Assembly: GCA_028023455.1 (NCBI GenBank)
Contig: JAQFVV010000001.1
Location: 310,001-374,000 of the forward strand
Source: Epiperipatus broadwayi
Lineage: Eukaryota; Animalia; Onychophora
DNA length: 64,000 nt
Direction of reading: 5' to 3'
Positions 1-14,905 of the stretch are shown in pieces. The notes under the pieces were generated by a model. The model was not told where the DNA came from and made no database searches. It saw only the letters and a program-made list of their open reading frames with translations. Each line of letters begins with the position of its first letter. Position 1 is the stretch's first letter. The position numbers and the translations under genes are program-made.

Positions 1-814
1 AAACTGTTAAATAGAAAGTAATAAAGTGCTTTGGAATATTTAGATAGTAGATTATTTAATAAAGAAGTTAAGAGTGAGAGTTGCACTAGTTAGACATTTT
101 TAATAACAATAAGAATATATTTTATGATGTGTTAATAACATTCTAAAAAAAGTTTTGTTAAATATTATGTTTGGAGTAGATGATTATAAAAAAATATAGA
201 TTTTTGAAATGTGGAATATGTAAGGTAAGAGAATAGGATTAAAAGTAGAGTGAATCGAGAACTTGGAGGATCTAAGTTTAATAAAGTTTTGTGGTCCCTT
301 GTTCTAAGTATTAAGTAATGCTAACAAATCAACTTATTACTTTAAAAAAATACTGAACAATCCATATTTTCTTAAAAATAAATATTTGCTTTAACCTTTT
401 GCAGTCATAGATATGATAATCACAACTCATTAGTATTTATTGTGGCATTTAAAATAAAATACTCTGGTAAAAATTTAGTCAACAAATTACATTTTTCGTT
501 TTTCAGTGTCACTCTGAAACCTTTTATAACCAAATAAAATTAAGTTTTAAGTAAATTAGCATAATAATAAAATAAAATTAATTCAATTTCATCTTAAAAT
601 GATTTTAATATTTGATGATATGATTCTTATAACCAAATAAAACTCATGAATGGATTTAACTTTTTGAATGGGTTTTTGCTGTTGATACTAATAACCACTG
701 ATCATAATAAATGGTGCTTATTGTATATAACATAAATAATATGGTGTGTGAATACTTATTTGATGGCATGTTTGGTTTTATAAAAAAGTATCACTAAAAA
801 CATTAACTATACTT

Positions 815-926
815 AAAGCCATCTTGCATTTGGTGGTTGAGAGGTCAGTGCAACTGCCTTGCACTTGCAGGCAGTTGCCCGGGTTGCGGGTTCACATCCC
901 GGCCGATGCTATGATACTTAAAAAAA
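815..926 (+). mobile_element. Short tRNA-derived SINE (Leu/Ser-type fold)
   Basis: A-box-like TGGTGGTTGAGAGG and B-box-like GGTTCACATCCC. Ends CCCGGCCGATGCTATGA plus an A-run, flanked by the 10-bp direct repeat AACTATACTT (805-814, 927-936). Same family as 18454-18556. Confidence 0.7.
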
Positions 927-3900
927 AACTATACTTTTATTCAAACAGTTTATAAGAGAAGATATGGTATTTTATTACTTAAGATATTTTTATACAGTGA
1001 AAAAGGAAATTTTATTGATCAATTATCAAGTAATAATTTTTTTTTATGACACCTGTCATCATTTGACTATGACAAATGGTCTAGATAGAGGTAGTATCTG
1101 TGTCTGAGGTTTACTAACATTGAATGATTCTAAGCATGTACTTCTTGTACAATGGTTCCCTATTGGTTACAAAGCCAGTGTCTTAAAAGCAGTATCTTAA
1201 AAGCAGTATAAGTAAAAAGATTATTTATTATTAAGAATTAGAAAAGGAATTGGATTAAGAATATAATTATAGAAGTAAAAAGAATCTGTGCATAATAAGA
1301 AATAGAAGAAGCTGATAGATAGGGACCATTTGATTAAGCAATAAAGTGAAAGTTGTTGAATTGATATGTGAAGGTGTCTTTTAACAGATAATTAATGGTG
1401 ATGAATATATTAGAAAATAAAACGAAATCCAGTAGTAATTATTATTTTAAAAAATAGAATAAAAGATAAAGAGACTTTAGGTAATTTGGAATGACAATGA
1501 AATTTGCCTTTAGATATGTTTTAATGGATGGTGATAGCAAAGTTGATTTCAGTAACAGAATCATTTGGGGAGGGGGGTGGGTGGGGAAAAAGTCTGTGTA
1601 ATTATTTTAAGTGATTCAAAATATTTCTTCAATGTTCCTTTTGCTAAAATGATAGGTAATGATATATAATGTATATTTAATACTATTTAAAATCAATTCT
1701 GCGTTTAAAAGATAACTACAATTTTTTTTTTTTTTTTTAGAAAAAGTCATTGATTTTTAAATAAAAATGACAGAATACATTCTAATATTTTTAATAATAA
1801 TATTTAGTACAATACTTTATATCAACCTGGTTTTTATGTTTATTTTTAAGTCATGAACTGTGATAAAAATAACTCTGTTGTCTACGGTGATAATAACCCA
1901 GTTAATCATTCATTATTAATATATAAAAATATTTGCGCTCTTTTACCCCCAGTTTTTATTTTTAGCTGCTAAATTATAACACGAAAGAAGTAGGCGTAGT
2001 TGAGATTACTCCACATGTCATTATATATATTTTGTTTTCACTTTGCTATCATTTGTAACCACGATCAGACTTGCATTTCATAGGATCTGAGGCAATCCTG
2101 AATTGCAGCAACTCAGTTACAACCAGAGTAAATTTCACAAAATCTTAAAAGCTTTTTGTTATATCTATTACAAACATCACACAAACAATTTTATATGTAT
2201 TTATTTTAATTTCAAATTCTGTTTGTTTGGCTTTAATTATAAAGCCTGCTTTAGCCATTCAGTTTTCAGCCTTAGTTTTCTTAATAATCTTTCTAAAATA
2301 CCAACTGCTATTGTCCTCAAAATTCCTTTTTCTCAGTATCCTAATAATTTATAATATATATTCAAAGATATTTTTATACTAATTTTTATTAATATAAATC
2401 TTGCACTCATTTTGTTAATTTTACTTTCACAATTAGCAAGAACTGCCATATTAGCAAAAAAGCTGATGCAATGAATTCTCTTTTCTGTGTTAATTCCATT
2501 TTTATCAATATAACTCTTATTTAAATTAATATTTTAAAAAACTAAGATAACCAATCAATAGATCTATTATACATCTCTCTCTCTCCATTTTCATTGGCAG
2601 ATAATAGACAAAAAATTAAAAGATAAAAAGAACTATTCTCATTAGAATTTTTTAATATTTAATTAATTGTTTTTTAAAACAGAATTTATCATCCCTTTTT
2701 CTTTCGTTTTCTTTAATTTTTTATTACTCAGTCACATAAAAACTTATGGATAAGAATTAATCATCTGGATTTATAATTAAATGCAGCTTTCATAATAATC
2801 TTTTTGTATTGTAAAGTTCAACCCAGTCTATCTGGGAGAGTTTTAAAGTATATTTTTGTATTAGTGAATTTCTGCAACATCAGCACTAATCTGTTTTAAA
2901 ATACAGTTTTTTTTTGGAAATACCACAGCAAAGCTTTTATTTTATCTAACTGTGAAAAGTTATAGCAAGGCAAAAAAGCAAATACACCTTTATCCTGCTT
3001 AGTGAGGACAATTGGTTTTCCTAAACTCATTATAAAGCAAGAAGATGATCATATAAAAAACAAGGAATTATAATGTTTTTGTAAGAGGAAAAATTTATCT
3101 GGTTGCTGTGAATAAAAATTATATGATAAATTGTGAATATTATATTAACAAACAACTTAATCTAGTATATATAATATTTTTAAAAAAAACCTAATATATA
3201 ATAAATGTATGTGTAAACTGTGCTATGTGTATATTATGCTGAATGAAATTTGTATTAATTTTTTTGGCACTGTATCTTTTTATATTTGTGATAATGTTTT
3301 CTTTGGCTTGGATATATCTGAAATTACAATATTATGATTTAAAATTAAGTAAATGATATTTTATGCTTACATTCAGTAACTTTGATCATGTAAAGTTGAT
3401 TACTAATTACATAATGCAGGAAATCATTTTCCCCTCAAAATAACTTGTAATTATAGTTATCATAATTTTTGTCACAAGCAAAATACCATTAATAAGAATT
3501 TTAATTCATAAAAGTGAATGAATATTGTTTTTAAGCTAATGTCCACATTTTAAAATATAATATTAATATATATGGTTGTTGGGCATCATCAAAATATGCT
3601 TTTGGTTCTTTACTGTACTGAATGAAACACTTTTTTTTAAACTTTTGTAATCATTAATCTTTATTTGGGATATATCATTAATGAATATATTGATTGTCTT
3701 GCAAGGACACTCAATGAAAATTAAATGGAGTATTGCACACTAATCATATTTTTATTTTAATTATGTTTACTGTAATATTGTATATTGTACTGTACATCAT
3801 GAACAAAAACTCTACATTGTAAATTTTTAGCATGAATAATGCCATTTTCTTTTGGATGACATAAAGTCACTATCCTATGATATCAATCAATATGCATAAA

Positions 3901-4876
3901 ATAAAAAGGGAAAAATACATTCAAATCTAATATTATGGTTAACAAAAATAATGCACATATACATGAGCAAACACTTATAATAACATCTGGTTTATTATAA
4001 GATATACAAAAGTTTATATTACCACTAAGTCCTTAAGGGTGTCATTGTTGTTTTTCCAAGAAATCTTTGAAGTAGTTATTTTTATATATTTTGTCATTGT
4101 AATTTTGTTGCCTGTTAATTGAGAAGCTTCCATGTATGATGGCTTTATGAGGTCAGCTTTTTAAGGATTTGATTCTATAACATATTGAATGATGAAGGTT
4201 CAGCTTAGAGCATGGAATTCACTTTTGGGAAGGGCCTAGCTGCACATGTGATAAAAACACCACTAGAAAAAAATTGTCAGTCCATTTTCTAATTGTAGGT
4301 CGCTTATCATGAACTGTCAATGAGTATCAACAATTTTAGTAAAAGAGCTGGAAAGAAGTGTGACCTGAAGAGTTTCAGTATTTGGAATATAATCTTGACT
4401 AGTAGAGTTGGAAAAATCTGATGAAAAAATCAATGATTACATCTAATCAATGAATAGACTGACTACCTGAAGTAATAGATTTTGGGGAGCTTTTATACAC
4501 ATTTGGTCAATTGTTCTCCCTCACAGATTTTCTAAATTAACATCTTAAAATAACCAGAGTTTTAATTAATTAATAAGCCAGGTTTTTTTAAATCAATTAA
4601 TGCCAGGATTTTAATCATTTAAAATAGAACAGTTTCCCATGTCATACTAATTAATTCCATTACATGTCTTATCTGAACAATGCTTTACTTTTAGATTTTT
4701 GTTATTACAACAGATTACATTTTTTTGAGGTTAAGCATTGTTATACAATTTTTAAAAATAATCTTATATATAAGATAATAAATTTATTTACAAAGTTTAC
4801 TTGGGGGGGATTGCCATTACTTTTAGTAAATGACCAGAATTATTCTATTGATTCAGGTGTGTATGCATATATATAT

Positions 4877-7068
4877 TATAACGATCCAGAGTTAGCGACT
4901 TAATGTAATCTACGCCACAGGGCGCCACTAGGCATTTGAACCTAGAAAATTTATAAAGTAGGCAGATACGTAAGTTTAAAAAAAAATAATTTTTTTTTCC
5001 TTTTTTAATATTTTGATTCTGGTCGTTAGCCCATTGTCACTAGCTCAGTGGAATAGCAGAGATTTATATTTTATAAATTCTTATCTAAGAATATTTTTTT
5101 AAAAAAAGAATAAAATAAGCCACTGCCAGTAATTATACACACAAACATTTATTAACGCACATATAAATATAAAATTTAACATTATTATTTTAGTATGTTT
5201 ACTTTAACATTATTTTTTAACTTTTATTTTAGATTTTAATTTACATTTTAATTTTTATACTATTATAAGTTCGCATAGATGGATTTATAAAAGTTTGTTT
5301 TATAATGTTGAGTATAGATCGGTTACATAGATTACACGGTCAAAAACATTTCAAAATAAACATAAACGATCAAAATATAAAATCATTGGTGGAATTGCAG
5401 AGGGAAATTTATAAGAAACCCAATAGCATTCATCATAAGATGCCACATTGACACCAATAACTTAAAAGACATCCGAATAAATACATTTTAGATACTCACC
5501 ATAAGGTATCATTATTTACCGAATGTCTATATATTTTGATCAAATATGAAAACCAAAAACATAATTGACCGATAACGAATCCATGCAAGCGTCTATACTC
5601 AGCTTAAATTTAATGCATTTTTATTTAGAATGTCGAGTATGAATACACTACATAGATTTGCCTTTGAAAAGAAAATATTCTATCCTCATTTAACCTTAGG
5701 TCAAAAGTTCGCAGTCAAACCAATGTCAATCCATCTGATATATCGATGCATTCAATGTATCACGAATATGGCAGCACAAAAGGTTAAGAGAAGAAATTGC
5801 CTCCCATCAGATAGGAATACTACATCTATCTGACAAGAAGAGCAATAAAAAAAACTCCATAGGAAAGGACTGCGGTCATTTTGCCAACTTACAATCGCAT
5901 TCCATAGGCCAAAAGGAAGTGTGCGGCATATAAAGTGATTCTGCCTGTAGCAAATCTCGTACTACATCTACTAATTACACCAATATATCAAATCCATTGC
6001 CCTAATTCAACTACGAAACAATCTAAGATTACCCTTCCCTAATAAAACTTTACAAATCTATATAGCCATTCATGCCCGACTTAAGTTTAACATTTATATA
6101 ATTTAATTTAACGAAAAACAGAAATCATAATAAAAAACTTAAAAGAACAAAAAAAAAAAATAGAAATGATTTTACAAAAGAAATACATTAAATTAAATTA
6201 CTTATTAATAAATTAAGTTGGTCAGATAGGATTCTATTGCAATTATTTTAAATACGGAACAAGTTTTAGAATTAAAGTTCTTATTGTTTAGTATACTGGA
6301 GTTTTAGAAATATATTTAAAGCTTAGAGTTCAAAAAGTTCTTACGATTTTAAAACGTTCCTTTTTATCCGTTGCTTGCCGTTTGAACGTGAATTCCCATG
6401 CCGTCCTAAAAAGATTGGTATTCTGTTGGCCATTTTATTTATTCATCCAGAGGTCTTTTACTTTAGCTGGTCCTCCATGGAAAATGATAGTTCATTTCTC
6501 TTTCTTTCTTAGCAGAACTGAAGGATTGAAGAGTGCAACTTTTCAATCCCTTCTCCTTCAACTCCGCACTAATACATATCACCACTGCTGTCATACATCT
6601 CTGTCTCTAAATTTTATTCACTCACTTTTTATAGTAGCCTTTCAGATCCAGTGGACATTACGTCACGACGATGTGATGGTCTTTTCGCTGAGGTCCGATT
6701 CCATTGTTTTTCTCTCCTATCTGACCTTTGCTTATACATTTTAAATGCCCAAGGGCTAGTTTATATTTAACTAATTAAAACAATCATTTCCATTTTCTGA
6801 TTAATTAATGTGTTTTCCAAACTTAAAGATATATTTTTATCTCTAAATCTTTTTAAGTTTTTGCTTTTAAAATACTTTTTCTATTTTTAATAAAGTTTTA
6901 TTTTAATAATTTTTTTCATCTGTGCGATTATATATATATACAAGTTTAAGATGATTTTTTAATTTTCAATTTTTAATTCTTAAAAAAAGGAAGTTTTATT
7001 TGCAAACTTTTATTTTTTTCATGTTTAATAATAAAAAAACAATGTAACGTACGTATGTGCCCATTACA
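4877..7068. mobile_element. Candidate solo LTR (Gypsy-like termini)
   Basis: Starts TATAACG (likely mutated TGTAACG), ends ATTACA, flanked by ATAT on both sides inside an (AT)n tract. Interior is richer in CpG and GC than the flanks. No intact ORF. Confidence 0.4.
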
Positions 7069-7320
7069 ATATATATACCTGCAATTCTACTTATATAGCA
7101 CACATTTGATATAAAATTAAATTAGAAAATTTTTTAAATTAATTTGAAGTAGAAATTATTTGAAATTTTATCTTGGTATAATACATCTTTGAAACATAGC
7201 AAAGTGACAAACTAATGTTTAAAATTTCAAGCAATGATACCCGAATTACAAAATTCCCAATTAAGCAGGTAGAAATACTATGATGCATTAATATTTAAAT
7301 CTTCGAATAGTGCTATTTGA

Positions 7321-10224
7321 CAGAGTTTCTCATTTCCCATAAAATTCAAATCTTGGAATAAAAATGATTCTATTCCTGGGATCCCAGGATTTCCTGAGAT
7401 CCATTAACAAGCATGAATTAATCCACTTAGTGCATGTTGTGTTGTTGTGAAGGAAGTTTTTTTTTTTTTTCAGTTCAAAACAATACTAAAACTTCACTAT
7501 GAGTTTTAAAAAAAGATTTTTAATATAAAACTTAAATACAAAATAATTCATTATAAACAAAACAAAAATAAATTCATATTAATTTGAATAAAATATAATG
7601 AGAAATGAAAATATTAATTTTTATAATAATTTTTTAATCAGTGTAAGTTGTCAATGATTCCATCACTTAAAGATGATCAAATTTTCATGATGAAAAGATC
7701 AACTGCAGAAAAAACTCTTTTCTATTCAATTGATGTTAATGGAATGGTGTGTTTATATAATTTTTCTAAATTATTTGTGTGCTTCCTTGTTGTTTCAAAA
7801 ATACTCATTTTCTTGGAGATGTTATTGACATTATATGATATATCTTCTAGATTCTCAACTCTGGTGACATTTTCAAAATGGCAGCATCCAATTTCTGATA
7901 AAGTGTCAAGTCAGATATAGTCAAGATATTTGTCTTTGCCATCAATAAAGTTTCAGCTCCATCACCATTCCTATCTAATTCTCCAATATTAGAAGAAGAA
8001 TCAGTTTTATTATCCACAACAAATAGTTTGGAAAATAATTTTTTAGTTTTATCCTTTAATACTGGTTTTGATGGCAGTAAAATATGGAATCTATATCCAA
8101 TTTGTATTTATAATTTGTTGGGATGTTTAAATATTTTAGTAAGCCAACTAAATTTCAATTCCACCACTCCACAACTTTTCGATTCACACATGCAGCATTC
8201 TAGATGAGAATCCATTTTTATTCTTACACAAGTCACCAAAAATAAATACTAATACATCCTCTGCTTCAAGTAGGTTTACATTATGTTGTCCAAGTCTTTT
8301 AATCCCAATTTTTATTGGTTGCAATACTGTTACTACAGCATTCAATACTAAATATTCATCCTCCAAAATATTTTCAATATTATTGAGACTATTCAAATTA
8401 AAATCCATCAAAGCCTTTATTATGCAAGTTTTCAATGCAATAAATTAATCCAGCATTGTAAGAAGACTGATTTTATATCAAATATCAACTTGAGTTCTAT
8501 ATTGTACTCAATTTTTACATATTTTTGTAAAATTTCATTTTTGTATGGTGATTTATGAAACATACAATTTTGAGGACTTTTTGAATTGTTTTAATGAGTT
8601 CATCAATGAGTTCAATGTTTGTTAAATTAAATAAATCATTGTTTTCACTTGACTGAAAAACCACAGGTTATGAACTCACTCTTGTTCATAATATTCACTG
8701 ACTGATGGAGCATAAATCACCATTTTTTGTAGAAAACATCAGTAACTGCTATATGTAGTCCATGTGCTTAACATAATTGCTGCTTCATACCACTTAATCT
8801 GCCAATTTTTTTATAACTGATGCACCATAAGTCATACAAGAAATTATATGCTTTTGTAGATAAAATAAACTCTGACAATTTACTTTCAACCATATCAACA
8901 ATTTTTTATACAGAAGAATCTCAAATATGCTAATCATACCCATGTTCCAAAATTTAGTTGACGAATGCACATTTACATTCATAGAGTGATGATTTTTTTA
9001 AAGATGTGTACTCTTCCATCGAAACAGAGAATCTTGAACTGCCTATAATTTGTATGGTCATTTCCTTAACTACAGCTTGTTTTGCCAAATGGTATTGCTT
9101 TTTACCATATTCATAACGTGAAGGGTTTTTTGGTAATATCATGTCTTTATTAGACAAAGTTTTTCTTAGATATTCATATTTTGTGATGGCATTAATAGAA
9201 AACCCATCAACAGCTGCCAATTTTGAAGCAATTCCTTTTATAGATTTCTCCTTTTTTATATATGACTTAATTTTATGTTAAAAATTTTTAACTTCCAAAT
9301 CTGTGTCTTCATTTGGTCTTTTTTTTGTTTCAATTTCCATTTCCTTATGAACATTTTTTAAATGATGAAGAAGTCAGATTTTTGAAAATCTTTTACACAT
9401 TATAGTTGCATGGTATTTATTGCAAGTGGCAGGTTCTGTTTTTTTATTTCATGTAAAATACTGCCATTCTTTAGATGCACTTCCAGTTGACATTATAGGA
9501 TTAATGTAATATCTTATTTAATAAGAAGGAAAAAATAGATAAAACTACTAAACTAAATAAAAAAAACTTATCTTACTTACAATTCGATTTTAATCTTTAA
9601 AAAAGTTTTCTATCTGTAAAGATTTGTCTTTAAGAATAAAATTTTCAAATGTTACTTAAGCATTTCTTTATTTACTTATGTTTTTGTTTATTCTAAATTA
9701 CTCACATAATGATAAAATAAAGTACATGTATCATCAAAAATAACTATGATAAAGGGGATTCCCTGAGTTTGTATTTAATAAAGTCAAATTTCATAATATT
9801 GTGCAACATTTTTGTTTCAAATTTGTATGAAAAATAATTTCAAACTGGAAAATGAGTTTCATAATAGGTTTATACTAAAAAGTTTGTAAATTACCATTAT
9901 AGATAACAGATGACTACAATTCAATATATTCGATTTTGTATAGTAAATTTTTTATCTGTGGCACATGTATTGCATTTTTCTAATTTTGATTGAAATTCAA
10001 TATTATGACCAAAAAAGTAGAGCAAATACATATACTAAAATTTTGAGTGTGAATATTTTTGTTATCTTAATAAGAATTACAGCAATTCTTGGGAAATTTG
10101 GTTTATTATCCCAGGATAGTAGGATAATTTTTTTATCGCCAGAATTCCATCATCCCATTTGAGAAGCTCTATTATTTGGATTTTTTTATCGCCAGAATTC
10201 CATCATCCCATTTGAGAAGCTCTA
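7321..10224 (-). mobile_element. hAT DNA transposon, near full length, with decayed transposase
   Basis: TIRs CAGAGTTTCTCA (7321) and TGAGAAGCTCTA (ending 10171, repeated ending 10224). Degenerate 8-bp TSD CTATTTGA/TTATTTGG. Subterminal CCTGGGATCCCAGGA motif. Confidence 0.85.
7600..9495 (-). pseudogene. hAT transposase pseudogene
   Basis: Frameshifted segments AAVDGFSINAITK, RFSVSMEEYTS (first catalytic D region), MNVNVHSSTKFWNMGMI, KHIISCMTYGASV (DGAS motif) and a C-terminal TSIE*KRVFS dimerisation motif; ORFs 8954-9220, 8794-8982, 8184-8435. Confidence 0.88.
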
Positions 10225-13200
10225 TTATTTGGATTACAAATTTCAAAATAAACAGATGAAAAATGGAAACCAATTTTTATTTGCTATTAAGATTTTAAAT
10301 AGGCATACCGTAACTCAGAATAATGCAAAACGTAATCATGAAACACAAGTTAAAACATTACTACCGTACTTATTGATCAATTTTCTATTTCACATTTACA
10401 ATGCAAGGATTAATTAGTAATCATTGCAATAACATTGAAAACAACATTAATTGATTATTTAGCAATTAAAATATGCATAGTGCTTTGCTAGAATTAAATG
10501 TAATAAATATCATAACAACCTAAACATAAAATAAAAGGTTTATTAATAAGAACTGTAGTAATATTTTGACTTATTTTGTTTGATTTCTATGTTTTATATG
10601 TTCTGAATTATTGTCTATTGCAATACACAAAGATTGGTTTTCATTTTTCATTTGTTTGATTTGGACCTTTGTAATGCAGATAGAATTATAAAATTTAAAT
10701 ATTAGACTGTCATTATCTTAGTTATATTTTATTTAAGAATAATTATGGATATTTTTTCCCAAGGAATTTAAATTCATGGAAATTAACTACTATATGATGC
10801 ACTGTGCACGAAAAGCTACTTGTTGCTTACATAAAGTTTTTATTTTTGTATATCATAGTAGAATAACAATTTAAAATATTACAGAGCCATGTCATCGTTT
10901 TTTGATATTATTAATAACACATCAGAAAACTATACTGAGCTAAATAAATTCTAAAAATTGCATTCTAAGTATTAATTTTTATTTTGAAGTAAAACTGATA
11001 AAAAAACACTCATTAATTTTCTTATTTATTTTCATCTGTGACTATTTGAATCATGAGCAACATATAGGATATAATAAAAGTCTGGGCCTGATCTATTTAG
11101 ACCCCCCCCCCCCCGATGACAAGATCTCATTAATTGTCACATAATAAAAGTTTAAACTGCTTAAAAACCTCTACCTGAAAGTAAAATCCTAAATTTTACG
11201 AAAACTTGAAAAAAAAAATCTTTACCGAAACAGATTTGAATGTTATGCCTATGAGACCTTTTAGAAAAATAAAAAGACTTAATGTAATCATAATTATATA
11301 TGTTAAACAAAAGTTGTCTTGGCATGGGTACAATGGAATGAGAGATAATTTTATGATCATAACATACTTTGTAGTTTTTTATAATACTATAAGTCATAGT
11401 TAATGATAGGAAGAATACTAATAATATTAGCCTTTAAAAAAATTTAAAATCTGTTTACTTATTTTAAAAAAAAAACTGAAAATGTTTTTCTTATTTGTTT
11501 ATGCACATATACAGTATATATATTTACAGAGCTATAATTTATTGCACAGAAAAAAATAAATATAATTATTTATAAATTCATTAATTTTAGCTCATCATCC
11601 TTATAAAATATATGATAATACTTTTGTAATTAAATATTTTTCTAAAAAAAACTTTACTGATAGAGATGTAAATAGTGTGGACTTGAAGGAGCAAGCAAAT
11701 TGATAATATTGTGAGTCACTCTTCTCCACTATAAATCAATCCTCACTTTGGGTGGCAATCATCTACTATCTTAATTAGATGATGAAATTGGAATTTTACT
11801 CTAAATTAATTTATATATGGAAAAGCTCAATTTTTTGTTATTTAGTATTATTGAAAAATATATAAAATCCATGTCAAACGATATTATTTCCCACTTGGTG
11901 GAGCTTCTGGTTAGAAATAAAACAATTAAATGGAAAATATCTTGCTTATCTCTATTTTTAAAAAAAGAAAGTGCGCGGAAGGGGAGAAAAATATTTATTA
12001 CCACAATTTTCATTTAATAGATTAATTATTTATGCTCTAATCGATTATAGATACTTTTGTAAGTAAACGTATACTCGCAAATATCTATTTACATGCAAAT
12101 TATACAGTGTAATTTGTATTCGCACACATTTTGTATACATATTATTCCGTACATATTAATTAAACATACCGGCGATATTCTTATATTAAGCCCATACACA
12201 TATGAATTAGATGCTCATATATATGAGAAGTGGATAAAATAACGAGAAACAAATTGTTTTCTATATATTTGACAGTTAACTAAAAAGTATAAATGCAGTA
12301 CATCTTAATGTAATATACTGTATATATATTTAGAGATAGAATCTTAAAGAAATATTAGTATTAACGGAAAATTGAAATCAGTTTTATAAACATGTAATAA
12401 AATCTATTAGATCTAAGTTTAACAGTTATAAAATGACTAGCATCTGATTAGCTGTTCAAAAGTTGTTTAACTGTTTAATCTTTTAAAATCTACATTTTGA
12501 AGAGCAATAACTACATTCATTAAAGATGAAAGATAAGCTATGTTTAGAAATAGTGTACAGAGGTTGGTGGCCAGTATGCAAGTCACTAAACAGAAGTCGG
12601 GAGATATTTGATCATTTCACTATCTATTAAAATAAACAATTGGAAGTGGTAGCTTGACGTTACATTTTCTACTTGCAAGCATCTATGGACAAGCTGCCAT
12701 TCATTCGTATTTAAATGTTCCTATCAGAAGCAATAATATTAAAAACTGGACAATGAATGATTAAAAGAATTCTGTATGATCAGATGAATTACCATTTATA
12801 TTTTCCCACAAATATTTGTTTTGACATTCCTTTCTAGATTTATATATTATCTCTAGATTGAGTTTTAATTTTTGAGCTTTGCTCATAATACATGTATTGT
12901 TACCTTTGAATTTTCATTTATGGGATAAAGATTGATAACTCACTTTCATTTAGTGCAGGTAATATAAATACTTTGAGAAACCAGTTCATTCTTCAGTACA
13001 ATCACTGTTTCTTAAGGGACACTGACATCTGGCCATTTGTACATTTATAATATGCGTTATGAAATTAGAATACTAATAACCATCTGCCATCAATGACGAT
13101 CTAGTGGTCATAGTATTGTATCATTTTTGTGAAGAAAACATACGTTAATATTTTGAAAGTTATATCTACTTGGGCAATTATTAAGTTAAAAAATGTTTGA

Positions 13201-14149
13201 AATAATGATTATATTTTTAAAATATAAATTAATAAAAATTTAAATAACTAGAATATAATATATTTATTTTTATAAAGTATCAAGTTTTTGAATTAGATTA
13301 TCAATGGATTAATAAATATTAAAAACATTTGTTAGTTTTAAAAAAAAAAAAATTATATTATGTCTTAGGATAATATGTATTTTTTAAAACATTACAAGCA
13401 TAACGCTAAACTAGTCAATAAATAATTAAAATTACTCCAAATCCAAAACTCAGCCAGACTAGCCAATAAAAAAACAAATTAAAACACAACCAAAGTACAT
13501 GCAGACTTTTCAAGTGTAAAGAAATGCCAAAACAATACCATATATATATATTAAACATTACCCACAAATCCATTTACTTCCCATCCATCCTTAATATTAA
13601 AAGAACTCTTAAATAAGTTAATTGCTTCAGAATAATAAATTTTCAGTAATAAAGATTCTTTAATTCGTCTTTTTATTTAATTTTTCTCAAAGAAGACAAC
13701 CTTAGCTTCATGAAAATTAATAGTGTGACCTATATCTTTTTCATGGACATACAAAGCAGAACTAAGATATTTATTTTGTTCTAACCCTACTTTTGTGAAC
13801 ATTTATTCTTTCATTTAAACTCTAACATACGACACAACATAAAAGTTCTTAACATATTATACCACAATAAATATATAATCTTTTAATATCTAAAGATGAA
13901 ATATGGTATCTTTATTGGATTCATGTGAAAAATAAAGAAAATATGTGACATTGGTTCTTAAAGGTCTTACTTTGTCATATTAGATTTATGTATTCTGTTT
14001 TGAACCAAGATGTTGTAAAATCACTTAACATCACATGATTGGAGTTTAGCCTCTGTGTTGAAAAGTCATTTTATTTGTTTAGAAATAATAATTGAAACTA
14101 ATAAAGACATTGTATTCCATCTTTCAAACTTCATTTTCAATTATCACTT

Positions 14150-14540
14150 CAATGCAGGATTAAAGTGTTTCCCTCCAGTTTTATTCTAATACTTCCAATT
14201 GATAGTTTCTCCACAACACTTTAGCAGACTACTGTATCTCATCTATACATCTAACATATGATGTTACTCTAGATTGTTTATAATTTCTTGGAATCTAATT
14301 TAGAATTTTATTTGTTCATTTATTTTTATATCTTTGAAATCCTATACTTATTTCGTTTGGTGCAGTGATAGAATGGCAGTTCTGGAGTTCAAGGATCATG
14401 ACCAAGATCTATTACTTCTATTGCTCAAACTTTTTATTAACTTCCAAGCAATTAACGATTTAATTATACATATTCTTCCAATGATGTCAGTGATATTTTA
14501 TCTTTCATGCATGTATTTTGTTTTCGATTTCTCCTTGCTA
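14150..14540 (-). mobile_element. Highly decayed non-LTR retrotransposon RT C-terminal relic (RTE/L2-like)
   Basis: Minus strand gives EKSKTKYMH and a YLGS-like segment, typical of post-YADD RT regions; many stops. Confidence 0.35.
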
Positions 14541-14729
14541 ATCCTAACATATATGTAGATATCTTTTAAATATTATTATTTGTTAAAAGCATCCCATTTT
14601 ACTTTAATTTGACATTTTATTCATATGTTTCTGTCAATATTAATAAGTTGATTAAAATATTTATAATTATTAATTACTAATTCATTTTTATCAATATTTT
14701 CTTTTCAATAGCAATTCCATCTTTCTCAC

Positions 14730-14905
14730 TCTAGTCATGCCCATTAGGGTAACCTTAAATAATCAATAGATGTTGCATGGTAGTGTTTAATAAATCTTTG
14801 TCCAATGCCACATCCATATCCCCAGACTAGCTTTTAGCTTATGGATTTCATTACTGAGGAGTTTTGGATCTGGAAGTAGTGCACCTGGATTTTTTGGATC
14901 AGATG
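14730..14905 (-). mobile_element. HHR family 1 element, degenerate copy
   Basis: Reverse complement CAGATCCAAAACTCCTCAGTAATGAAATCCATAAGCTAAAAGCTAGTCTGGGGATATGGAT aligns to the 38911-38972 copy; catalytic core mutated. A weak plus-strand partner is visible near 15135-15190. Confidence 0.7.

Noticed and set aside
4090-4420. Possible LINE 3' relic
   Set aside because: GC-richer, but no motif could be assigned with confidence.
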